Virus record (IMG/VR): IMGVR_UViG_3300006916_000041
Span: 1-64,000 of that record
From: a virus
Length of the DNA stretch: 64,000 nt
Strand: one strand, 5' to 3'
Shown: one piece after another, positions 10,870-19,616 of the stretch
Position numbering within the stretch: position 1 is the stretch's first letter
Layout of the letters: each line of letters begins with the position of its first letter
The notes under the pieces: generated by a model
What the model was told of the DNA's origin: nothing
Seen by the model: only the letters and a program-made list of their open reading frames with translations
Database searches by the model: none
Translations under genes and position numbers: made by a program

Positions 10870-10935
10870 TGTCAACAAAAAAATGTATTTTTTTGAATCT
10901 TTTTTGTTGACATTCGAGTCGTCTTGCCATAAACT
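10870..10935 (+). promoter_or_regulatory. 13-bp inverted repeat whose right arm ends in the -35 of a variant palindrome promoter
   Basis: TGTCAACAAAAAA 10870-10882 / TTTTTTGTTGACA 10900-10912; then TTCGAGTCGTCTTG and TAAACT. Confidence 0.6.
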
Positions 10936-11012
10936 CTTACTTAGTAAGAAATTATGGAGAGATGTCATGGCACATCGAATATTAAACTATAGGCAAAAGA
11001 GAGGCTAAAAGA

Positions 11013-11303
11013 ATGAGGTCTAAAGACACTGGCAATGGAAGAAGAATACTGGCAAAGGTAGAGGTCCCATTAAGCGTAGAAGATATTGCAACATATGCAT
11101 TGCGATATTTAGAAGAAGCTGGAGATGATGATCCCAAGGATACACTAATCAACAGCAACAAAAGAGAAATTTTTAATATGGCAAAGCTAGCCATATTTCG
11201 TTGGGGAACTGAAGAACCCCGAGCATATGTAGCAGAACATATGAATGGACATTTTCAACCAATTGAACAAGTTGTAAAACACAAGTTTCCGGAGTGCGAT
11301 TGA
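11013..11303 (+). CDS. Hypothetical protein
   Basis: ORF with GAGG SD. Confidence 0.65.
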   Translation: MRSKDTGNGRRILAKVEVPLSVEDIATYALRYLEEAGDDDPKDTLINSNKREIFNMAKLAIFRWGTEEPRAYVAEHMNGHFQPIEQVVKHKFPECD

Positions 11304-11638
11304 TGACAAATGTGATTGATTTTCAGGTTGAACGTGCTGTTAGAAAAAGTGGTATAAAAGATAAAGCACTGTTAAAAGATATTATCAGTGAAGGTTACGA
11401 TCCTTGCGATCCGATAGAAGTAAGCAACTACTATAGTTGGAAACAGTTCGAAGGCGGTATTTCAACAGAATTAGAACACAATTGGTCAGACGAAGCAATT
11501 CGAAACTTGCTTACTGATATCAAACTATTTGACCCTGATCAGCCTTATACTGTAACTACATCTAACGATTTAGATATACTGTATGATGGTGATTATGAGA
11601 TTATTATAGATGACACTAAATCTTCTTCCGATTCTTAG
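11303..11638 (+). CDS. Hypothetical acidic protein
   Basis: TGATG overlap start. Confidence 0.6.
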   Translation: MTNVIDFQVERAVRKSGIKDKALLKDIISEGYDPCDPIEVSNYYSWKQFEGGISTELEHNWSDEAIRNLLTDIKLFDPDQPYTVTTSNDLDILYDGDYEIIIDDTKSSSDS

Positions 11639-12110
11639 TTCTTCGTTAGTAAACATCAGACCACTTGCATCAGAAGATTTTGATGGCTTATACGATGCGG
11701 CAAAAGATCCTGATATTTGGTCAGGAATGCCTGCAAAAAATAGATGGCAACCAGAAGTTTTTAAAAAATGGTTTGATTATCTTATAAACACAGATGCACT
11801 AGCAATCTTAGATGGCAAAAAAATAATAGGTACTACAAAATACTACTATATGTCAGACAATAGATTGTTTATGGGGAGTACTTTTCTTGCAAGAGAATAC
11901 TGGGGTGGTAAGTACAATCGTGAATTTAGATATATGTTAATCAATCATGCATTTGAGCATGTTGACAAAATACACATACACATATCTCCAGATAATCCTC
12001 GCAATCAACGTGCTACAGAAAAACTAGGGTTTACACATGAATATAATGAATATGTGCAATTCAGACGTCCAGAACCACAACTACAAATGACTTATGTGTT
12101 ACACAAATGA
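11610..12110 (+). CDS. GNAT N-acetyltransferase (RimJ/RimL-like)
   Basis: IRPL...DF..LY, GSTFLAREYWGG.YN, N.RNQRA.EKLGF. Confidence 0.85.
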   Translation: MTLNLLPILSSSLVNIRPLASEDFDGLYDAAKDPDIWSGMPAKNRWQPEVFKKWFDYLINTDALAILDGKKIIGTTKYYYMSDNRLFMGSTFLAREYWGGKYNREFRYMLINHAFEHVDKIHIHISPDNPRNQRATEKLGFTHEYNEYVQFRRPEPQLQMTYVLHK

Positions 12111-12301
12111 ATATATGTAAAAAACATCACCTATTATTTGTACCAACAGAAAACGGTAATCATCAGGCGATAGACACATGGTGTGGACACACAGTGAATG
12201 GAATTGTATGGTATTGCAGTGAAAAATGTATGAGCACAGGCAAAGAAGGAAAGCCCCTTACATACATATCAACCGACGATGAACCCATAATGAATGACTA
12301 G
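12107..12301 (+). CDS. Small Cys/His-containing hypothetical protein
   Basis: ATGA overlap; CxxH and CxxxC. Confidence 0.5.
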   Translation: MNICKKHHLLFVPTENGNHQAIDTWCGHTVNGIVWYCSEKCMSTGKEGKPLTYISTDDEPIMND

Positions 12302-12311
12302 AAGGTAATTT

Positions 12312-12497
12312 ATGCTAGTAAAATGTATAGACGGAACAGTTCAAATTAATTTGGTATTCAAAGATACCAAGAGATGGCAAATTCAAATGCTTACTGCAGG
12401 CACAGATTTTACTATCACTGACAACATGCAGGCTGAGTTTGAACCTGTTACAGAAAAAACTACAATTATTTTAGAAAAAGATACAGAAAAAGGTTGA
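12312..12497 (+). CDS. Hypothetical protein
   Basis: ORF with GAAGG SD. Confidence 0.5.
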   Translation: MLVKCIDGTVQINLVFKDTKRWQIQMLTAGTDFTITDNMQAEFEPVTEKTTIILEKDTEKG

Positions 12498-12547
12498 CAG
12501 CAAGACGTCTTGAGTGTAAAGTATATATGTAAGTTGAGAAAAAAGGA
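12494..12547 (+). promoter_or_regulatory. Early promoter cassette with CAAGACGTCTTG palindrome
   Basis: TTGACA-G-CAAGACGTCTTG-AGTG-TAAAGT-ATATATGTAAGTTGAGAAAAAAGGA. Confidence 0.85.
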
Positions 12548-12555
12548 ACTTAGAT

Positions 12556-12873
12556 ATGCAAGTAGCAGTTATTCATTCAGCGTTTGAAGATACACCTAAC
12601 ACAGTAGCATTTGTTGATGTGCCAGATGGTACAAGTGACGAAGAAGCTATGAACTATGCATATCGTTGGACAAACAACGTGATGGGCTCATGGAGCCGCA
12701 AAGAGAAATTTTTTGAAAATGGAGAAGCTAACGGCGACTACAATGACGCTGTTACAGTAATGGCACCGTTGCACGAAGGTGGAATGGGTCTCCGGTCAAC
12801 ATCAATGGGTGACTATATGTTGGTTGGCAATAAAAAATATAAAGTAGCCATGTTTGGCTTTGAGGCAGTATAA
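12556..12873 (+). CDS. Hypothetical early protein
   Basis: RSTSMGD motif; directly behind promoter cassette. Confidence 0.75.
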   Translation: MQVAVIHSAFEDTPNTVAFVDVPDGTSDEEAMNYAYRWTNNVMGSWSRKEKFFENGEANGDYNDAVTVMAPLHEGGMGLRSTSMGDYMLVGNKKYKVAMFGFEAV

Positions 12874-12954
12874 TACGGGAGCAGTACTTAGGGAGGATAA
12901 TTTAACCGGGCAATGATGCCCACCTAACTACTCAGCAAGAAAAGGAAACCTCAA

Positions 12955-13215
12955 ATGAGTAACACACTTTATAAACAAACCGCAATTGAATTTGGTAAGA
13001 TTGCATTTAATGCTACAAAGATTCTTGCCGTCAGTGCTACTGCATTGGTAGCATGTATGGCATTTTTCCGTTACATTATGGAATGGGATCTTAACAGTTC
13101 TATGTTCGGTGGTCTGACACTATACTTTGTATTGGGTGCTATGTATTGCATGATTGATATGGCAACACACCGTGCTCGTCTAAAGGAAAAATATCCAGAC
13201 ATTGATTTTTCTTAA
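12955..13215 (+). CDS. Small 2-TM membrane protein
   Basis: Two hydrophobic helices; AGGA SD. Confidence 0.65.
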   Translation: MSNTLYKQTAIEFGKIAFNATKILAVSATALVACMAFFRYIMEWDLNSSMFGGLTLYFVLGAMYCMIDMATHRARLKEKYPDIDFS

Positions 13216-13235
13216 AGAAAAATTATAAGCTATTG

Positions 13236-13265
13236 AAAGTGCAGGATTCTTTCTTGCACTTTTTT
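13236..13265 (+). terminator. Intrinsic terminator
   Basis: AAAGTGCAGGA/TCTTGCACTTT stem followed by T run. Confidence 0.65.
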
Positions 13266-13266
13266 C

Positions 13267-13319
13267 TTGACAGTAAGACGTCTTGATGCTATATTGTATG
13301 TGTAAGTTAGACAAAGGAG
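13267..13319 (+). promoter_or_regulatory. Early promoter cassette with AAGACGTCTT palindrome
   Basis: TTGACA-GT-AAGACGTCTT-GATGC-TATATT-GTATGTGTAAGTTAGACAAAGGAG. Confidence 0.88.
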
Positions 13320-13325
13320 TTACTT

Positions 13326-13475
13326 ATGTTTGCAGTAGTAGATTTTGACCGTCAACAGTCATTCTTTTTCACCAGCTTCCAAGCAGCGTCAGATTTTATC
13401 ACGCAGTACCCTGTGCAGGAAACTGTTGTTGTAGTTGACCTGTCAGAAGGTCATGCAGTATGTGAACAACTTTAA
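13326..13475 (+). CDS. 49-aa hypothetical protein (below ORF-track cutoff)
   Basis: AAGGAG SD; MFAVVDFDRQQ...CEQL. Confidence 0.7.
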   Translation: MFAVVDFDRQQSFFFTSFQAASDFITQYPVQETVVVVDLSEGHAVCEQL

Positions 13476-13483
13476 AAAAGGAG

Positions 13484-13675
13484 TTGCAAATGATTAGAAT
13501 TTTCAACAGTGCAGTACCCGGAGAGCGTGAAATAGGCTTAGACGAGGTTAATGTTGTAACTATGAAAATGGACTATGACGGTGCACCTTACATGTTGTTT
13601 GAGCATGAGGACTTTCCACTTGGTGCTCTTAAAGCAACGTTCAATGGAAACAATTGGGAGTGTGATTTAAACTAA
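13484..13675 (+). CDS. Hypothetical early protein
   Basis: AAGGAG SD (ATG at 13490 also possible). Confidence 0.65.
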   Translation: MQMIRIFNSAVPGEREIGLDEVNVVTMKMDYDGAPYMLFEHEDFPLGALKATFNGNNWECDLN

Positions 13676-13848
13676 TGAGTATCCAAGAAACACTTGAATC
13701 TATTGACAGCAAACTAGACGAAGTAGATGAACTCATTATGAGCATGCCACTTCAAAACAGTGTAAAAAAACAGTTGACAGCACACCTGTATACCATGTAT
13801 GCTGAACTAGAAGAAGCTGTTGAGCTTCGTCCTGCAGACTTTAATTAG
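13675..13848 (+). CDS. 57-aa helical hypothetical protein (not in ORF track)
   Basis: TAATG overlap; MSIQETLESIDSKLDEV...PADFN. Confidence 0.65.
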   Translation: MSIQETLESIDSKLDEVDELIMSMPLQNSVKKQLTAHLYTMYAELEEAVELRPADFN

Positions 13849-13858
13849 GAGACCAAAG

Positions 13859-14029
13859 ATGGTAGACGTTTTAGAAGATATCGATGTAATTGAAAATGCT
13901 CTTATTGCATTTCAAGAAGGTGCTAGCGATGAAAAATATGCGGCACTTTGGAGTTTGGAAAAACTCTTGCTCAAGAAAAAAGACATGGTTGCAGAGTTTG
14001 AAGCTACTGCGCCTGTTGAATGTTCTTGA
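13859..14029 (+). CDS. Hypothetical early protein
   Basis: AGGAG SD before ATG 13859. Confidence 0.65.
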   Translation: MVDVLEDIDVIENALIAFQEGASDEKYAALWSLEKLLLKKKDMVAEFEATAPVECS

Positions 14030-14054
14030 CAAACGCAGTCAACAGTACTATATT
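14026..14054 (+). promoter_or_regulatory. Sigma70 promoter, second class (TTGAC...GTCAA)
   Basis: TTGACA, 17-nt spacer, TATATT. Confidence 0.7.
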
Positions 14055-14076
14055 GTTTACAAAGGAGTGTAATACA

Positions 14077-14301
14077 ATGAGTACCTACGAAGTTGAAACT
14101 GTGTTTTATAACAATCACGGTGGTATCCAAACAAAAACTTGTGACTTGTTCAGTACAAAGCAACAGGCAGTAAAGCACATGAACAGTCAGATCAAACAAA
14201 AAACATATTTGGTGCAACGTGGTAAAATTAAAGACGGGCTTGTTCAATTAATCGACGAGAATGGCAAAATTAAAGAACAGCTCAGTCTTGGTGAACTATA
14301 A
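14077..14301 (+). CDS. Hypothetical protein
   Basis: AAGGAG SD. Confidence 0.65.
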   Translation: MSTYEVETVFYNNHGGIQTKTCDLFSTKQQAVKHMNSQIKQKTYLVQRGKIKDGLVQLIDENGKIKEQLSLGEL

Positions 14302-14318
14302 ACAAATTGAGGCAGAAA

Positions 14319-14822
14319 ATGAAACGACTTCTATTGAGCATCATTGCAATTATGATGACAACCAGCGTTAGCTCAGCTAATCAAGAGTTTGCGGGCTACA
14401 GCGAAGAAACATTCCCTGAAACATACTGTATGGCACTAAACATCTACTACGAAGCACGTGGTAGTAGTTTAGCAGATCAAATTGGTGTAAGTGATGTTGT
14501 ATTAAATCGTGTGCGTGACAGTCGCTATCCTAATACAGTGTGTGAAGTAGTCAAACAAGGCAAACAAGATGCCAATGGCAAGATGATTCGAAATCGTTGT
14601 CAATTTAGTTGGTATTGTGATGGTAAAGCTGATGTACCCAAAGACGAAGATTCTTGGATAGCAGCACAAACACTTGCTTGGCGCATTATGAAGTTCGAAG
14701 AGTTTCGAGGACTTACAGAAGGTGCTACACACTATCATGCCAATTATGTAAAACCCAATTGGGCTCGAGACATGACATTTGTAGGCACAATAGGAGTACA
14801 CAAGTTTTATCGATGGGATTAG
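14319..14822 (+). CDS. Cell wall hydrolase, SleB/Hydrolase_2 family
   Basis: CMALNIYYEARG, V.LNRV...YP.TVC.VV.Q, CQFSWYCDG, GATHYHA.YV.P.W, IG.H.FY; signal peptide. Confidence 0.93.
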   Translation: MKRLLLSIIAIMMTTSVSSANQEFAGYSEETFPETYCMALNIYYEARGSSLADQIGVSDVVLNRVRDSRYPNTVCEVVKQGKQDANGKMIRNRCQFSWYCDGKADVPKDEDSWIAAQTLAWRIMKFEEFRGLTEGATHYHANYVKPNWARDMTFVGTIGVHKFYRWD

Positions 14823-14835
14823 CATAAATAATTGT

Positions 14836-15540
14836 ATGCTAGTAAACGAAATTATATCAACAAACTTGAGTGAGGGTCCTAACGATCCTCACATTTTTAA
14901 AGCAGTATTCCTAGCAGGAGGACCCGGCAGTGGCAAAAGCTACGTTGCCGGTAAACTTTTGAGTGGATACGGATTAAAAACTGTAAACAGCGATGACATA
15001 TATGAATATCTAGCTAAAAAAGATGACTTAGATTTAAGTGATCCGGATCAAGTTTACAGTGACAAAGGTCAAGAAGTACGTAATCGTGCCAAAGAATTAA
15101 CCATGTCACGGCAAGCAGGATACATTGATGGTCGTCTTGGTCTTGTTATTGATGGTACTGGTAAAGATGTTGGTAAAGTACAAAAGCAAAGTGATTTGCT
15201 CAGAGATATTGGTTACGAAACTGTTATGTTGTTTGTGAACACCAGTGAAGAGGTTGCACAACAACGTAATAAAATGAGAGACAGAAGATTACCCGACAGT
15301 GTTGTGAGCAAAATGTGGGCTCAAGTACAAGACAACATTATGGGATTCCAACAAGTTTTTGGTAATAAGAATTTTTATGTAGTTGACAACAGCGGTGGAC
15401 TAGAAGATCCAGAGCGTGGAAAAAGTTTTGATGAAATTTACAAAGATATCAGATCATGGGTAAACACTCCAACACGCAATAGACAAGCCAATGCATGGCT
15501 TGCAGATCAGCAACAAAATAGTGCGAAATCCGATAAATAG
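14836..15540 (+). CDS. P-loop kinase (zeta toxin/AAA_33-like)
   Basis: AGGPGSGKS, VNSDD, VIDGTG, A..RN..R.R. Confidence 0.8.
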   Translation: MLVNEIISTNLSEGPNDPHIFKAVFLAGGPGSGKSYVAGKLLSGYGLKTVNSDDIYEYLAKKDDLDLSDPDQVYSDKGQEVRNRAKELTMSRQAGYIDGRLGLVIDGTGKDVGKVQKQSDLLRDIGYETVMLFVNTSEEVAQQRNKMRDRRLPDSVVSKMWAQVQDNIMGFQQVFGNKNFYVVDNSGGLEDPERGKSFDEIYKDIRSWVNTPTRNRQANAWLADQQQNSAKSDK

Positions 15541-15565
15541 TATATAAGACAAAGGATTTTGCAAG

Positions 15566-15913
15566 ATGTACACATATCAATGCAATACAATAAGAGTGAT
15601 AGACGGCAACACAGTTGATGCAATCATTGACTTGGGGTTCAATGTGACTATCAGACAACGAATTAAATTATATGGAGCAAACGTCCGAGACATTAGAAGT
15701 TTGGACGACGCTGAAAAAGCTCAGGCTCTAGCAAGTAAAAATCGACTAACAGAACTATTAGGGTCTGAATTTATTTGTGAAACCATTTTAAACAAAAGAG
15801 GTAAAGCAGGACGTATTATGGGAAAACTTTCAATTGTAGATAATACAGGAAAACTATTAGATGTTTCCAGTATTATGATAAATGAAGGTTTTGCTGAAAG
15901 GTTTGGAGACTAA
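15566..15913 (+). CDS. Thermonuclease (SNase)-like protein with degenerate catalytic motif
   Basis: RVIDGNTVD..IDLGF; GRIMG. Confidence 0.7.
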   Translation: MYTYQCNTIRVIDGNTVDAIIDLGFNVTIRQRIKLYGANVRDIRSLDDAEKAQALASKNRLTELLGSEFICETILNKRGKAGRIMGKLSIVDNTGKLLDVSSIMINEGFAERFGD

Positions 15914-15917
15914 GCGT

Positions 15918-17948
15918 ATGCTTTTTGGAATACTAACAATGTTTATTGCACTGTGTATCAGTGCCGTGGCAATTTACTACAGTGTAGCTGGGTTGGTTGC
16001 AATTTTTGCCGCCGCTGCTATACCAATTATTATCATGGGTGGTGTATTAGAAATTGGTAAATTGGTTACCGCTGTATGGCTTCACAGATATTGGAGTAAG
16101 GCTGCATGGTGGATGAGAACATATCTCAGTGTTGCAGTGGTAGTACTCATGTTTATTACCAGCATGGGTATTTTTGGTTTCCTATCAAAAGCACACATTG
16201 AACAAACCAGTGCCGCACAGGAACAAGTGGCACAACTTGAACGCATGGAAGAAGAAATTGTTCGTCAGCAAGAAATAATTGCTAGGGCAGAACAGCGTAT
16301 TGCCAAAGGCGAAACAGATGCTGACAAACAAGATGTGGGAATTCAAGATAAAATTGACAGAGAACAAGAACGCATTGACAGTGCATACACAAGGCGTCAA
16401 CCTAGCATTGATGAACAACAAGCTATTATCACTGCACAAGAAACAGCACTAGCAAATCGTGTTGCAGTTTATGAAGATGAAATTATCAGTTTGGACACCG
16501 AATTAACTAGATTAAATGGTTTAGTTGAAGAGTATAGAGCAGAACTTGCAAATGCTAGTGTTGCCAGTGTTGAACAACAAGTACAGCCATATAGAGATCA
16601 AATTGCACAGTTAGATGTAGATTTAGAACGTATTAACACACAAGCAAACGAATACGAACAGCGTATCAGTGGTGTAGAAGCAGATACAAGTGCAGTTGAT
16701 CCTATACTAGAACAAATACGTGCAACTGAAGAATTAATTGTTGTAACCACAAACAAATTGCAAAGTACAGAGCGTGACAAGATCAAAGAAGGTCAAGCAG
16801 TTATTGGTGTAACCAGTGACGGACTGTTTGGTAGCAACACACGCAGAGCTCTAGCAACGTGGGTAGAAGCTCAACAAGCTCGCATTCAACAATTGCAAGC
16901 ACAAGAAGTTGAATTGCGCACTAGAGCTCAAGATGCTGTAGATACAGAACGTGCTAGACTTACTGAACTAGTAAAAGACCTGCGTGGTACACAAACACAG
17001 CGCATCGACGAACGCAAGCAAGCATTATTAGATACCATTGATCGCATTCGTAGTGATGCAGCAAGTGGATTAGAAAGTCAACGAGCTGGTATACAATCAA
17101 AAATTGACAGTGTACTAAACACAGATATTCCTGCTAACAGAGAAGCAAGAAAAATTGCACAAACAACTATTACTGAATTGCGCAATCAAGAAGATCCGAG
17201 AATTGAAACAGCCAGAGCAGAGATTGCTAGAATACGTGCAGTTGCAGAAGACGAAATTGCTAATGCTCAAGCAGTGATTGAAAAACTTAGAGCTCAAATA
17301 CAAGTGGGTGAAAATGCTGATTTGGATACATTAATAGACGAGCAAAATACCCGTATTAAAGCGGCAAACAACGAAATAGATCGTATTATCGAAGAAAAGT
17401 TCAAACTAGAAGCTGAAGCACGTAAACTAGAAGCAGAGGTGGGACCTGTAAAATACATTGCAGAATTTGTGTATGGAGAAGCTGACAGAGACATACTAGA
17501 AGAAGCAGTTCGTTGGGTTATACTTACAATTATATTTGTGTTTGATCCACTAGCAGTTATGTTGTTGATAGCAGCACAGTATACATTTGAATGGAATCGA
17601 AAACCTCGGGCAAAAAAGCCTGAACCTGTTGTTGAACCAATTGAAGAAGAACAAACAGGCGTAACAGATGATGGTAGCATTGATGAAGTAGAAGCATCAG
17701 ATGCTGATATTGAACAACTACTAGAAAAAGCAGATCCAGAAGTGCTTGAGGAAGTTGCCAAGGAACTGGAAAAAGAAGTTGACAAAACACCATATGACCC
17801 TTATACTGATACAAGAGCTGACGAAGAACTTGATGCACAAGAATTAAGTCAGCGTCATAATATGAAACTTTATTCACCTGATGGTAGATTAGCCGGCACA
17901 GGTAAAACAATTAAAAGTATAAGAATCAGATCAAAGGACAACGAATAA
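15918..17948 (+). CDS. Membrane-anchored long coiled-coil protein with peptidoglycan-binding-like motif
   Basis: About 3 N-terminal TMs, heptad region, DGLFGSNTRRAL, C-proximal TM, acidic tail. Confidence 0.7.
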   Translation: MLFGILTMFIALCISAVAIYYSVAGLVAIFAAAAIPIIIMGGVLEIGKLVTAVWLHRYWSKAAWWMRTYLSVAVVVLMFITSMGIFGFLSKAHIEQTSAAQEQVAQLERMEEEIVRQQEIIARAEQRIAKGETDADKQDVGIQDKIDREQERIDSAYTRRQPSIDEQQAIITAQETALANRVAVYEDEIISLDTELTRLNGLVEEYRAELANASVASVEQQVQPYRDQIAQLDVDLERINTQANEYEQRISGVEADTSAVDPILEQIRATEELIVVTTNKLQSTERDKIKEGQAVIGVTSDGLFGSNTRRALATWVEAQQARIQQLQAQEVELRTRAQDAVDTERARLTELVKDLRGTQTQRIDERKQALLDTIDRIRSDAASGLESQRAGIQSKIDSVLNTDIPANREARKIAQTTITELRNQEDPRIETARAEIARIRAVAEDEIANAQAVIEKLRAQIQVGENADLDTLIDEQNTRIKAANNEIDRIIEEKFKLEAEARKLEAEVGPVKYIAEFVYGEADRDILEEAVRWVILTIIFVFDPLAVMLLIAAQYTFEWNRKPRAKKPEPVVEPIEEEQTGVTDDGSIDEVEASDADIEQLLEKADPEVLEEVAKELEKEVDKTPYDPYTDTRADEELDAQELSQRHNMKLYSPDGRLAGTGKTIKSIRIRSKDNE

Positions 17949-17953
17949 ACCCA

Positions 17954-18388
17954 ATGAGGGAAAACGCAATATACACAGTAACTCCGCCTGATATGATGTT
18001 GCCAGAAAGCGGGCCTATTATAACAGTAATAAGTAGTAGTGCTGACTTTGTACAAAAAATTGAATTATTGTATGAAAATATTTTTAAAAATGTCAGTGTT
18101 ACACTGTATCATCCAAATGGCAAGGTAACAGAGTCTAATAGTGCTTGGGTAATAAGTATGGTTAGATTTAGCGACACAGTTTATGTAGATTTGGATGATG
18201 TTAACGAACTTAGCCTTGCACTAATTTTATTGAGTAGCAAAACAACTATTTTTATAAATCAGCGTAACAAAAAGAAAGGACTAGTAAAACTGTTAAACAG
18301 CATGACAATACAAAATAAAAAATTTACTATTGTAGACAGCATCGACGAATACAGCGACATGGTACTAGAGAGTGTACTTGATGCGTAG
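17954..18388 (+). CDS. Hypothetical protein
   Basis: ORF track. Confidence 0.6.
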   Translation: MRENAIYTVTPPDMMLPESGPIITVISSSADFVQKIELLYENIFKNVSVTLYHPNGKVTESNSAWVISMVRFSDTVYVDLDDVNELSLALILLSSKTTIFINQRNKKKGLVKLLNSMTIQNKKFTIVDSIDEYSDMVLESVLDA

Positions 18389-18908
18389 ATTTCAAAAAGT
18401 TGCACCTAAGCAACCTATAAACGAAAATATACAGCACAATACACTGAGAGTAGTCGGAGAAGATCAACAATTTGGAATTGTTAGTTTAGACCAGGCATTG
18501 GAATTAGCTAAACAACACCAAACAGACCTAGTAGTAATAAGTGAAAAAAGCGATCCGCCGGTAGCTAAACTATTAGATGCTAATAAATATTTCTACGAAC
18601 AAAAAAGACGTGAAAAAGAAGCAGCTAAAAAACAGCGTGAAAATCAAATTGTAATCAAAGAAGTTCAGTTTAGATTGGGAATTGGTGATCATGATTTTGA
18701 CATAAAACTCAAAAACATTGAAAAGTTTTTAAGCAAAGGCAACAAAGTAAAATGTGTAATACGATATAAAGGCAGAGAAAATGCCAATAAACAACAAGGG
18801 TTTGCGATAATTGATCGTATTACTGAAAGTCTAGAAAATACTGACTGGGAAAGCAAGCCAAATCTAAATGGAAACCGATTAATCGGTGTACTAACGAGGA
18901 AAGAATGA
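18381..18908 (+). CDS. infC: Translation initiation factor IF-3
   Basis: INENI..LRVV, DLV.I....PPVAKL.D..KY.YEQK, KEVQF...I..HD...K, KVKC.I..KGRE. Confidence 0.93.
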   Translation: MRRFQKVAPKQPINENIQHNTLRVVGEDQQFGIVSLDQALELAKQHQTDLVVISEKSDPPVAKLLDANKYFYEQKRREKEAAKKQRENQIVIKEVQFRLGIGDHDFDIKLKNIEKFLSKGNKVKCVIRYKGRENANKQQGFAIIDRITESLENTDWESKPNLNGNRLIGVLTRKE

Positions 18909-19132
18909 GCAGAGATAGAACTGAAAAACAAGGACTTTATGTAGAAGTTCGTAATAATGATGTAGGTCGTGCTTTACGCAAACTTAAAAAATTAGTAAAT
19001 CAAGAAGGCGTTATAAAAGATCTAAGATCTAAAGAATATTACGAAAAACCAAGTGCTAAGAAAAAACGTGAGAAAGCACAAGCTAGAAAACGTTGGTTAA
19101 AAACTGTTGAAAAAAATAAAGAAAATTGGTAA
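18905..19132 (+). CDS. rpsU: 30S ribosomal protein bS21
   Basis: V.VRNNDV.RALRKLKK....EG, YYEKPS.KK.R. Confidence 0.92.
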   Translation: MSRDRTEKQGLYVEVRNNDVGRALRKLKKLVNQEGVIKDLRSKEYYEKPSAKKKREKAQARKRWLKTVEKNKENW

Positions 19133-19138
19133 AAAAGG

Positions 19139-19167
19139 TTGACATTTGTGTCAACAAATACTATATT
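19139..19167 (+). promoter_or_regulatory. Sigma70 promoter driving the non-coding RNA region
   Basis: TTGACA(TTTGTGTCAA), 17-nt spacer, TATATT. Confidence 0.75.
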
Positions 19168-19198
19168 AAAAGCATAACAAAGACGACGGTCTGAGTTA

Positions 19199-19377
19199 GA
19201 TAGTGCAAGGAAACGCTGCTTACAGAGGCAGTAACTTGGCTAGTAGCTGTAGTGGCACTGCATGAGCCTGGAGACAGGAAGATGCAGATTTTGGAAGTAA
19301 CTATCCAATGCTAGGCTTCGCTGGATATGGACAGGATCTGTGCTGGCGCTTGTGGGTAATCCTTAGTCCCACCTATC
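19199..19377 (+). ncRNA. Structured RNA, manA-motif-like candidate
   Basis: No ORF; closing GATAG/CTATC; hairpins CTGC/GCAG, CCTG/CAGG, TTGGA/TCCAA, ACAG/CTGT, GTGGG/CCCAC; possible AGGAT/ATCCT pseudoknot; family call from recalled layout only. Confidence 0.5.
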
Positions 19378-19384
19378 AAATATT

Positions 19385-19484
19385 ATAGTGTTTTAATATA
19401 CACACCAGAGTAGATGCACCTGCTTTCCTGTGCATAGGACAAGAGTTGAAAAACCGCAAGTGAGTGTGTATATTAAAGCGTTAT
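19385..19484 (+). ncRNA. Unknown structured RNA closed by a 21-bp stem
   Basis: 19385-19405 pairs with 19464-19484; the only 3 non-Watson-Crick pairs are all G-U. Confidence 0.65.
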
Positions 19485-19575
19485 GTATTGAACGCTTTGA
19501 TCCGAACTGTAACAAGAAAGGAGACTCACTAGACAAGAATTATAGTGGGACGACTAGAAAAACAGAGAGAAGGGT

Positions 19576-19616
19576 TGCGCCGTAATACGCACGTTAGGGA
19601 CCACGGTTAGTCCCTA
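19576..19616 (+). ncRNA. Two hairpins with complementary loops (kissing-loop candidate)
   Basis: TGCG-CCGTAATA-CGCA and TAGGGAC-CACGGTTA-GTCCCTA; CCGT/ACGG. Confidence 0.45.

Noticed and set aside
12895-12915. SAM-II riboswitch (ATTTAACCG core)
   Set aside because: The flanking P1 stem, the TATTGC continuation and the 3' pseudoknot strand are missing.
19406-19463. Hammerhead, HDV-like, twister or pistol ribozyme assignment
   Set aside because: Required core nucleotides (e.g. CUGAUGA/GAAA, or the P1.1 GG) could not be placed; left as an unknown RNA.
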